Source: a virus (lineage: Duplodnaviria; Caudoviricetes). Taken from it: a stretch of DNA of 64,000 bases. The notes beneath the pieces were generated by a model. That model saw only the letters and a list, made by a program, of their open reading frames with translations. It ran no database searches and was not told where the DNA came from. Where the stretch lies: IMG/VR virus record IMGVR_UViG_3300042885_001472. One strand, written 5' to 3'. The position numbers were made by a program, and so were the translations under genes. Below, one piece after another: positions 56,601-64,000 of this stretch (its first letter is position 1; each line of letters begins with the position of its first letter).

Positions 56601-59456
56601 TTTACTGGACGAGAAAGTAATTGTAATAGTTTAAATAATCAAATACTAATAGAGTTAAGTGGTAATTGTGATACGGTTACTAGTGAAACATTTAGTGCTA
56701 AATGGGTTACGGTTAAATTTAATATAAATGATTATATTGTTGGACAAAAAATAAAATTAGGGTTTAATTTTAATAATGTACCTTGTGAATTTAATTTTTT
56801 AGTTGATAATATAAAGATAGATAGACTTTGTGTCGTTACCAATGAAGATATATTAAACTTAACAAATTCACCTGGATTTGATATCACAAGGATTGTAGAT
56901 AACAAAAAATCTTGGGATTATACAGAAACTATGGTTAAACGTACCGTAGATTATTTAGATTTTAGAGAAACGTCTTATTATGAAAAAGATAGTAGATTAT
57001 TACTTAATTCAAAAGAAGTTGACTTAACATTAGATGCGGCTCAAGCGATTGATAACGATGTGTTATGTTATATAAGAAAAAATGATTGTTTTTTTACCGG
57101 CAACACAGGTACAACAATTAGTGATCCTTACCTTAACGTATTTAAAACAGAAATTGATGTTATTGATGATGTTAATGAGTTTAAAAATTTTGTTTTAACA
57201 AGATTAATAGACCCAAAAAGTAGACAAGTAATTAGATCATACCCATTATTGAGATATCTTTTTGATAAGTATTTAAATCTTTGTGGTATGAATACTTGTG
57301 ATAATTTAGGTAATCAATATAATTACGATTCATTACAAAATTTTATTGATTTAATTGGTGATTATTGGATTAATTTGGTGGAACAATTAGTACCATCAAC
57401 AAGTATATGGAAAGGTGCTACTAGGTATTATAGAAATACGGTATTTGATCAACCAAAATATAAATATAAAAATTATTCTTTATCATTTGATTGTAACCCA
57501 GATTGTGAAACAATATCTAGTCCCGGTTATGATTGTCAATTAACAATACCTGAAAGTAGTTTTAATGGAATTGTTAAAAACATTTACGCGTTAAGTAGTC
57601 CTAAAACATATGAGAGTTTAATTTATACTTGTTGGGGTAATAGTTATGGTTATTCTACACCGAAGGGTGAAGTAGCTGTAGCAGTCCCCGCTATTAGAGG
57701 TAGATATGGTTATAATGATATAACCGATGAACCAATATTATTAACCCCAGATCAATATGGTGTGATTGACGCTAGTTATGCTAGTGGAGTTGGAATTACT
57801 ACTAGACCCATTAAATTTGTTAAAAGTCAATATGAGGGTGGTGGATTGTATTATACATTACCTGATCCAATCCTTAGTTGTCTAAGTACTAGTGGTAAGA
57901 CATTAGACCTTGGGACAATAAGTGTTACCGGAGTAATTGATGATGGACTTTCTGGTATAACTATATTTAATGAATTAGTTCTTACTGGTCAAACTATAAA
58001 TGAACTAACTAATGTTGATTATAATGACATTTATAATTCAATGATAAATGGATTCACTAATATTGGGTATACTATTACATATAGTGGTACTAGTTTAATT
58101 GTAACATCTAATAATGATAATGATTGTGGTAAAGATTTAAGTATTAATGTGTGTATTGATATTGATCTTTCATGTACATCTGGTGGTACTGATCCATCAT
58201 GTGTACCTTACACATATATTGATACTATTAATTTTGATCCTAAATTACCACCAAAGTATGGTGCTTATTCACCTGTAAATAATTGTACATATGTAATATC
58301 AGATAACGCTTTAACTATTATAAGTGGTGGGACTAATGTCGGTATAATTAGTAGTGTGTTTAGTACTACTATTATGGCTGATATTATATATTGTCCAACT
58401 AATGATTCAGTCTATGTTTTAGAAACGTCACCGGCTTTTAAAGTTAGTGTAACGGATTGTACAACGAATACGATAACAAGTGTAATATCATTATCACCTA
58501 ATTCGCCAGTGAGTAATATTATTTCTAATAGAATGGTTTATAATTCAACTGATAATTTAATTTTTGTTAGTCATTATTCTGGTGTCTTAACCATTGATTG
58601 TAACACAAATACTATTGTTAATGTTATCAATAAAACTACAATACCTTATAAGGGTTTTCAAATGACACATAATACATTAAATAACACCATTTATATTTCT
58701 AATGGTCTTGGTGGTATTGATACTGTATTTGGTACTACTTATACTGAAAATGTAATATTAGTACCAAATAATAATGGGGGTGTTGGGTATAATCCAACAA
58801 ATAATCTATTGTATAGTACTTCCGTAAGTTTAGGTAACCCAATCACAATCATAGATGGTACTACAAATTCAATCTTAAATACTATTTATCCTACCGGTAC
58901 TACCACTTACTCTGAAACTCTTTATAATCCTTTAAATGATGATATGGTGTTTGTGGGTTACAAGAGTATAAATTATTCAGTTTTATCAACATCAAATGTA
59001 TTAGAGGTTAAAACTTTAATAAATAATTATAATCCTTTAGGTACTCAGTTAACTAGTTTTGTTTACAATAGTACTGATGAAGTTTTATATGGTATATTAA
59101 AAGATAGAACTGTACCGTCTGTAGAAATTATATGTTTAGGTGGTGTTAGTTCAACTGGTGGGACTATTGATACAATCACAACTAGTTGTATTAAATGTAT
59201 CCCTTTATTGGAATTAACTTTTGAACAGATTAATGTTTCCGGTACACCTATTTTTGATTGTAATAAATGTGTTGGTTACCAAGATAGTGGTGTTGAAATT
59301 ATTATTGAACCACTAACAATACCATATGGTACTGGTGTAACAACCACAAGTTGTATTGAAGTAAATAATTCAACAACATGTTCAAACATATACATTAAAA
59401 GTATCAATGATGATGTCACTTTTAGTGGAAAATATAACAACATATTTATAAGATAA
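53649..59456 (+). CDS. Very large baseplate wedge protein (P2 gpI/T4 gp7-like core) with Cys-rich insert and YVTN-like beta-propeller
   Basis: TPDSLVKDVAKTFGWE...WRRL..N..HLWKSKGSRKAIEFL; about 40-aa (Y/H)NxxNNxxY repeats at about 58230-59130. Confidence 0.65.
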   Translation: MATKYKVIGNNFNESLVGLQFAAENGTPLFTIGNFQLETTLTEKENKTYNIGEASDYYTLTDLGETTQEDNTLRKNKTRLNLNPDYTNPKSYSYFGSIKEYFRVNVEGIIQQWPASIYVDKVFNNTTGNTVENYTYNPILKKSNFKVNNNYFNNTFDIKYTSQYTTSSNLDNKLRNLNVEYGRYTIFYEGIEYPITNFTGSTLFSNDYVYFEVDGNPFPLVTGTTLSSNYHIKPNSVEVETFFSSLSDLSYELLNRYVVPVNTIKFTYISESTGGPFDVVVNREYTWPVVDGYNIDITTTLFDTYLTSIYEFCDYFDENDTNIMNRMLVADSINKLNTIRRGDGSEDENDAEKVSKLINIYAREFDEVKKYMDGISTIRNVTYNKNANTPDSLVKDVAKTFGWELLTPMSDVNLISSFIPTKSVYSGYTINYSKYDAEVEFWRRLIMNTTHLWKSKGSRKAIEFLFQYIGSPEQLVSFNEYVYVAKKPLNVELFKVIIKQLTGTDDISIYNLDEEGFPKILPETPYNYYQSNGLWYRETSGNNAGIDILDGNNPHTGPYDAGKNYLNQFRSLIGSFSSYTQNNGSTIRITNEYIEFSNLFKNYSNGLINDYSGQVYLEDYNVDGKPNLCFSVSGTVITDPDPQYVLGICGCPIGVSDHALMLGFKKETTLKPCVVQSTGETVSMGRCQFEYQTITNEPPIILFSSTTNSSVSLVARECCTSTVIPLKGNVQTSPPTWISVGEGLGYCYWDKTCGELTIYAVDDDNKIIFINGNGIIGTTSAELQQNEGGIFNCCSYFGGTYDSKSDTCNLSIVTTTTDSTTGATCQLNIIKDINDDIILNTDGTVSFTDGQGGIVAGNLECCRYNSTNITPLTFCGGNCYWSNPSKDCDYYNDIKVTLGVDGSDGIYILSGSNENCYFQVEFDMLINFDCTNLLNCIGNNSILESLSAFTIDATVESATGTTPTTLQVFPAYQFNIDNKPTGIYFTGRESNCNSLNNQILIELSGNCDTVTSETFSAKWVTVKFNINDYIVGQKIKLGFNFNNVPCEFNFLVDNIKIDRLCVVTNEDILNLTNSPGFDITRIVDNKKSWDYTETMVKRTVDYLDFRETSYYEKDSRLLLNSKEVDLTLDAAQAIDNDVLCYIRKNDCFFTGNTGTTISDPYLNVFKTEIDVIDDVNEFKNFVLTRLIDPKSRQVIRSYPLLRYLFDKYLNLCGMNTCDNLGNQYNYDSLQNFIDLIGDYWINLVEQLVPSTSIWKGATRYYRNTVFDQPKYKYKNYSLSFDCNPDCETISSPGYDCQLTIPESSFNGIVKNIYALSSPKTYESLIYTCWGNSYGYSTPKGEVAVAVPAIRGRYGYNDITDEPILLTPDQYGVIDASYASGVGITTRPIKFVKSQYEGGGLYYTLPDPILSCLSTSGKTLDLGTISVTGVIDDGLSGITIFNELVLTGQTINELTNVDYNDIYNSMINGFTNIGYTITYSGTSLIVTSNNDNDCGKDLSINVCIDIDLSCTSGGTDPSCVPYTYIDTINFDPKLPPKYGAYSPVNNCTYVISDNALTIISGGTNVGIISSVFSTTIMADIIYCPTNDSVYVLETSPAFKVSVTDCTTNTITSVISLSPNSPVSNIISNRMVYNSTDNLIFVSHYSGVLTIDCNTNTIVNVINKTTIPYKGFQMTHNTLNNTIYISNGLGGIDTVFGTTYTENVILVPNNNGGVGYNPTNNLLYSTSVSLGNPITIIDGTTNSILNTIYPTGTTTYSETLYNPLNDDMVFVGYKSINYSVLSTSNVLEVKTLINNYNPLGTQLTSFVYNSTDEVLYGILKDRTVPSVEIICLGGVSSTGGTIDTITTSCIKCIPLLELTFEQINVSGTPIFDCNKCVGYQDSGVEIIIEPLTIPYGTGVTTTSCIEVNNSTTCSNIYIKSINDDVTFSGKYNNIFIR

Positions 59457-59458
59457 CA

Positions 59459-61126
59459 ATGCAATTATTAGATACAAGTACAAATACAATATTTCCTTAT
59501 ATAACATCCACTGAATTTATAGATGTTAAAACATTGTTTGCTGATGGTTCTTGGATTAGTCTACCTAATTATAATGCTAGTTGGGTAGATTTTGGTAATA
59601 TACTTGATACTGAAGAAATGGTGTTACCACCTTATTTTGGTTCTGTTTTTACTAACAAAATTACTTATGATTTTACTACCGAATCATCTAATGTACAATA
59701 TAATGAGGAATTAACTTTTGATGTTAGACCTAACAATGTGGAAAATAATGTAAAAATTATGAGATCTGCCTATTGTTTATTTGAGTCACCATATTATGAT
59801 GTTAGTAGAGTTGGTAAGGTAATGACCGGTTTAACTAGTGGTAGTACTGGGATATTATTAACAGGTAATTTAGGTGGTGAAGAACCACTTACATTTACTT
59901 TTTCCGGTAGTGTTAGTTACATTAGTGGGACTAGTGCTAATTTTGATTATAATGTTTATAAATATTATCCGAGTTATTATAACTTTTTAAAACCAGAGGT
60001 TATTAGAAATAGTGTTGATTATACTGTGTATGAAAATAGTCTTTTCTTTTATGTTAATTTAGATTTAACAAATTATGTTGATAATGAATTTTTAATTAAA
60101 GGTGGTTACACATTCTCTAATTGTACTCCTGGTGCGAAATTATTAGGTCTTAAAACATCTACAATGTCTATTAATCCGTTAATTAATTATGCGGAATATG
60201 ATTCAAAACAAGATTGGTATTTCGCCTATATTTTATCCGCGTTAACACCAGAGGTTAAAAGTGTGGTTAGTTTAGGTCAACCAAATGGTGTTTTTAAAGT
60301 AGAGTCATTGATACCTCAAACATTAACTAATGTGTATTACCCAACAGCTTCAGCTTCAGGGTATTATTTAGTTCATATTAATGGGGTTGCTTTAGAAAGG
60401 GGTGTTGAATATACATCTAGTTTAGATAGTTTCACGTTATTAGTTTCGATTTTAAGTACTGATGTATTAACAGTGGCTTATGTTGCTGACAATCTTAATG
60501 GTACTGCCGCGTTAGTATCAAGTGAAAGTTATTTAGTACCAAGTACAATACCAAATGGGACAACTATCTCTGTTGGACAAAAGATGTTATATAATACATC
60601 CACCAATAAATATGAATATTGGTTAGATAGTGAAGCCAGTAATAATGTAATTTTTTTAGTGAATGGTATTCAACAGTCAAGTGGTGAATATATTGTTTCA
60701 AGTAGTAATAAAAGGAGAGTTATCTTATTTTTTACACCAACATTTAATGATATAATAGAAGTATTTTATGGTGCGGTAGTACCTAGAGTTCAAGGTATTG
60801 GTGGTAACACTGTTGAGGCGGTATTTACGATATCAATACCTCCATCAAAAATTAATGGTTATTTTACCGTTAATTTCTATGATGTTACAGATATAACTTT
60901 ATCAACACCTTTATTTAGTGAAACTATTGATTATATTATAGGTCAGGGTAGTTATAAAACAAATATTTTAATACCAACAACTTATAGTATTGGTCAACAA
61001 TTTTTGTGGAGAGTAACTAATACTAAAAATTTTAAATTAGAGGTTACAGGTGATATCATAACAACTGTAGCTAATAGTGAAGTATATAACGCAACATTAA
61101 CAAGTAATCAAAATAATAATTACTAA
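59459..61126 (+). CDS. Structural/fibre-associated protein, 555 aa
   Basis: Two small beta-sandwich repeats VHINGVALERGVEY / FLVNGIQQSSGEY. Confidence 0.5.
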   Translation: MQLLDTSTNTIFPYITSTEFIDVKTLFADGSWISLPNYNASWVDFGNILDTEEMVLPPYFGSVFTNKITYDFTTESSNVQYNEELTFDVRPNNVENNVKIMRSAYCLFESPYYDVSRVGKVMTGLTSGSTGILLTGNLGGEEPLTFTFSGSVSYISGTSANFDYNVYKYYPSYYNFLKPEVIRNSVDYTVYENSLFFYVNLDLTNYVDNEFLIKGGYTFSNCTPGAKLLGLKTSTMSINPLINYAEYDSKQDWYFAYILSALTPEVKSVVSLGQPNGVFKVESLIPQTLTNVYYPTASASGYYLVHINGVALERGVEYTSSLDSFTLLVSILSTDVLTVAYVADNLNGTAALVSSESYLVPSTIPNGTTISVGQKMLYNTSTNKYEYWLDSEASNNVIFLVNGIQQSSGEYIVSSSNKRRVILFFTPTFNDIIEVFYGAVVPRVQGIGGNTVEAVFTISIPPSKINGYFTVNFYDVTDITLSTPLFSETIDYIIGQGSYKTNILIPTTYSIGQQFLWRVTNTKNFKLEVTGDIITTVANSEVYNATLTSNQNNNY

Positions 61127-61166
61127 AAGTAAAATAATAATATTTATATAATAAAAAAACATAGAA

Positions 61167-63260
61167 ATGAGTTATATTTTAAAACAAAATGATCCAATGA
61201 TTAATGTAAAACTTACCGAAACTGGTAGGAAAAAATTGGCATCTGGACTATTAAACTTCGCTAGTTGGGGTGTAGGTGATTCTGAGATCGATTATGGGTA
61301 TATGTCACCTAATACACCTGGGGTTGACGCTAAAATCCTTAGACCTAAAGATAGAAATCCTAATATAAAAACATTCCTAAAAAATTCTAATGGAACTTTT
61401 TTACAAACAGTAACGCCAGCTGTATTAAATTTACTATCATTGACAGTAAATAATGCTGCTGATGAGAGAGGGTTTTTTAATTCAACTAGTGGTGTGACTA
61501 CCGGTTGGACTGTGATGACATCTACAACCTATGTGAATAGTACTGGATTTTTAGATATTTCATCATTTACTGGTGGTACTACTATTGATTTAGGTATTAC
61601 TGGGTTAACTAATTGTGACTTAATTGAATTTGTGTTTACAAATCCGGTTTTAGGTCAATTAACACCTAATGTCACTAATGAAGCGACACCTTGGTTATGG
61701 TATAAAGTACAAGGTCAAACTGGAACTACAATAGAAGTTGATAGAACATTACCTAACATCCCAGCTCAATATACTGGTTCGACAGGTATTAATGTACAAT
61801 ATTTTACTTACAATAATTGTAATAATAATAATGGTTGTTACACATCTGGTTGTACTTCAGCGTATTGGAATACCGGTACTTTAGAGTTTAATAGTAGTTG
61901 TGATATTTCCATTACAGATGTACCATTTTGGTGTCAAAATAATGTGTGGTGTGAGGAATTAGCTGGATTGAGTGCTACAACATATCAAGGATATGAATTA
62001 TTTGGTTCAATGGATTATATTGGACAAAAACAATATTTAGGATATACATGTGAATGTACACCAAGTGGAACTTCAATTAACCTTTGTGCTGATCAAAAAT
62101 CTTTTGATGATGACGTAGTAAAAGCGATTGCGATTACACATTACACTAATAATACAATTTCAAATTTTTATGGTGAATTTTTCTATATTGATACATTAAC
62201 TAATAAATTATTACAAGTTGATTATCCTACAGTGATGTGGGATAGAAGATCAGGATTTTCCGGATCAACAACTGGTACTTATATGGGTATGTCATTCGTT
62301 TCAAGTGGAGATGTTAAAACCGTAGGATTAAGTTCAATAGAATATTATGATTTGATGGAACATCCAGATATGACTATTGATCCATCAAATCCATTAGTTG
62401 TGGGTAGAGTTTATCCTCAATTAAAAATATTTACTATTCACGATGAAGAGTTGTTAGCGGCTTTGAGTTATAAATCAAATAGGAATTGGACATTACCAAA
62501 ACTAAACGCGACACTTTCTAACCCAGCGACTGGTACTAATACTGGTGTTTTACCACCAAACAGTACTATGTTTTTAACTTATCAATTAGATACTGATAGT
62601 GGTTTTACATCAACATTACCTTGTCAAAAATATGTTAAAATTATTAACACAACAAGTAGTAGTAAAGATGTACAATTTAGTATAGAAAATTTAGGTTTAT
62701 TACCTTATATGAGACAAGTTGAATCTAGTACTTATGATGGTAGAGGGTTTTACGCTCATAACTTTAATTTACTTTCACAAATAGTTAGTGATACAGATTG
62801 TAGACCTTTACCAACAGAATGGAGACAAGTTACCTGGGGTGGTTTATCTGGACAAACAATTGACCCATTAACATTGGAAGATCAAAATCCAATTATAAAT
62901 GATTTCATATTAACAAATGTGAGATATACTGGTGCGTCTATTTTTGATTTATCTTATTTAGGTTTACCAACTATAGCTCAATCAGATGTTTTAAATTTTG
63001 GTGATGAAAGATTTATGTATGGTAATATAAACACTTGGATTGGGGCTAGAATATTTAAAACAATTTTTAATATGACAGTTGATGGTAATTATTATACAAC
63101 TACTGATAACCCAACTAAAGATACCGCTACAACTTTATACTTTAATGAAGTCGCTATCTACGATAATGTAGGTGACTTAGTAATCATAGGTAAATTTAGT
63201 ACACCAATAAAATTAGCACCAGGGTTAACCGTGGGTGTGGAATTAACATTAGACTTTTAA
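61167..63260 (+). CDS. Baseplate/tail-collar fibre-attachment-like protein (DUF3751-like ends)
   Basis: KLTETGRKKLASG...GVGDSEIDY N-terminus; NEVAIYDNVGDLVIIGKFSTPIK C-terminus. Confidence 0.5.
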   Translation: MSYILKQNDPMINVKLTETGRKKLASGLLNFASWGVGDSEIDYGYMSPNTPGVDAKILRPKDRNPNIKTFLKNSNGTFLQTVTPAVLNLLSLTVNNAADERGFFNSTSGVTTGWTVMTSTTYVNSTGFLDISSFTGGTTIDLGITGLTNCDLIEFVFTNPVLGQLTPNVTNEATPWLWYKVQGQTGTTIEVDRTLPNIPAQYTGSTGINVQYFTYNNCNNNNGCYTSGCTSAYWNTGTLEFNSSCDISITDVPFWCQNNVWCEELAGLSATTYQGYELFGSMDYIGQKQYLGYTCECTPSGTSINLCADQKSFDDDVVKAIAITHYTNNTISNFYGEFFYIDTLTNKLLQVDYPTVMWDRRSGFSGSTTGTYMGMSFVSSGDVKTVGLSSIEYYDLMEHPDMTIDPSNPLVVGRVYPQLKIFTIHDEELLAALSYKSNRNWTLPKLNATLSNPATGTNTGVLPPNSTMFLTYQLDTDSGFTSTLPCQKYVKIINTTSSSKDVQFSIENLGLLPYMRQVESSTYDGRGFYAHNFNLLSQIVSDTDCRPLPTEWRQVTWGGLSGQTIDPLTLEDQNPIINDFILTNVRYTGASIFDLSYLGLPTIAQSDVLNFGDERFMYGNINTWIGARIFKTIFNMTVDGNYYTTTDNPTKDTATTLYFNEVAIYDNVGDLVIIGKFSTPIKLAPGLTVGVELTLDF

Positions 63261-63271
63261 AAACTTAAAAA

Positions 63272-64000
63272 ATGGCTTTTCAAAATAATTTAATACCCTT
63301 TCAAGTAGATTTCTACCCAACAACAGTTGGGGCTACAACACTTTTAAATGGTGGTATATCAAAATTTAAATATTATTCGTTATGTGATAGATACGCTTTT
63401 TATCCGTCAGATGAAAGTCAATTTGTACCTTCATTAGTTGGTTCAGCGTCATTTGATGGCTTTACCCAGACAATTATACCTAATGAATTAATGAATAGTT
63501 CTATCAATCAAGTTCCGGTATCAAGTGGTACTAACTTTAAAGATGAATTGTTTTTAGTTGGAGATGGTAAATTAAATACTAGTAAAATTAGTAGTGGATT
63601 TTTAAATTATAATAGTGCGTTAGTTGATTATAATTTAATTAGTACGACAGCCACAACTAATAGTTTTTTAGGTGTTCTTAATGGATTTGGTTTTCCATTA
63701 ACATCAACTGTTGCCAATAAATGGAATTTTACACCATCTCAAGGTGGGTATAAAGATTCAGCTGTTAGTGGTATGAATACAAGTAATTATTTAATGTTAT
63801 CGGTAAATAAAGATTTTTGTGCGATAGCCAATGGTAATACTGTTAAAATTGAAATACCGGTTAATAGTGGTAGTGGTGACACTTTAGTACAAATGTACGG
63901 AAGTCAAACTAATACTGGTTTAAATTTAAGTAGTTATGATTTAAATGACTGGGATAATTCACCAGAAATGTTATCATTATTTAATAATAATAAAGCGATT
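63272..64000 (+). CDS. Partial ORF running off the window end (not in the ORF track); structural protein
   Basis: ATG 63272 MAFQNNLIPF..., open for 243 codons to base 64000; LLNGGISKFKYYSLCD resembles the start of the 61167 gene. Confidence 0.7.
   Translation, partial: MAFQNNLIPFQVDFYPTTVGATTLLNGGISKFKYYSLCDRYAFYPSDESQFVPSLVGSASFDGFTQTIIPNELMNSSINQVPVSSGTNFKDELFLVGDGKLNTSKISSGFLNYNSALVDYNLISTTATTNSFLGVLNGFGFPLTSTVANKWNFTPSQGGYKDSAVSGMNTSNYLMLSVNKDFCAIANGNTVKIEIPVNSGSGDTLVQMYGSQTNTGLNLSSYDLNDWDNSPEMLSLFNNNKAI

Noticed and set aside
3338-59464. Short antisense or nested ORFs in the track (e.g. 3338..3616, 6027..6287, 10204..10440, 22270..22992, 35545..36030, 37073..37405, 47544..47771)
   Set aside because: Shadows of well-supported genes, with no motifs or leaders.
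1-64000. Stop-codon reassignment (alternative genetic code)
   Set aside because: Conserved genes are uninterrupted in code 11; TAG (3400, 26006, 36494) and TGA (611, 31843) act as true ends.
1-64000. tRNA/rRNA genes
   Set aside because: Intergenic gaps are short and AT-rich and no cloverleaf or T-loop signature was recognised; a tRNAscan-SE run would confirm.

Overview
A 64-kb segment of a large, very AT-rich contractile-tailed (myovirus) phage genome with T4-like structural genes. Almost every gene is on the + strand and the standard genetic code fits. Gene order: tail-completion and fibre genes; tail sheath; tail tube flanked by two divergent paralogous endonuclease genes; a cluster of small LxE-motif proteins; tail chaperones; tape measure; baseplate hub with an M23 peptidase; a replication/nucleotide block (gp32-like SSB, RecA/UvsX, 5'-3' exonuclease, DnaB-like helicase, nrdB, nrdA); then baseplate wedge and very large Cys-rich baseplate/fibre proteins. 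TAnnTTTG promoters, A-rich leaders without Shine-Dalgarno sites and SprB-type repeats point to a Bacteroidota host (inference). The main finding is that nrdA is broken into three genes, and both breaks fall inside inteins. Two different split inteins would have to trans-splice three polypeptides (419 + 180 + 170 aa of extein) into one 769-aa class Ia RNR alpha subunit. The middle polypeptide has an IntC-extein-IntN layout, and no homing endonuclease lies between the halves. The first split looks genuine. The second could alternatively be a 1-nt homopolymer error or a +1 frameshift. All family assignments come from motif recognition by eye; no searches were run.
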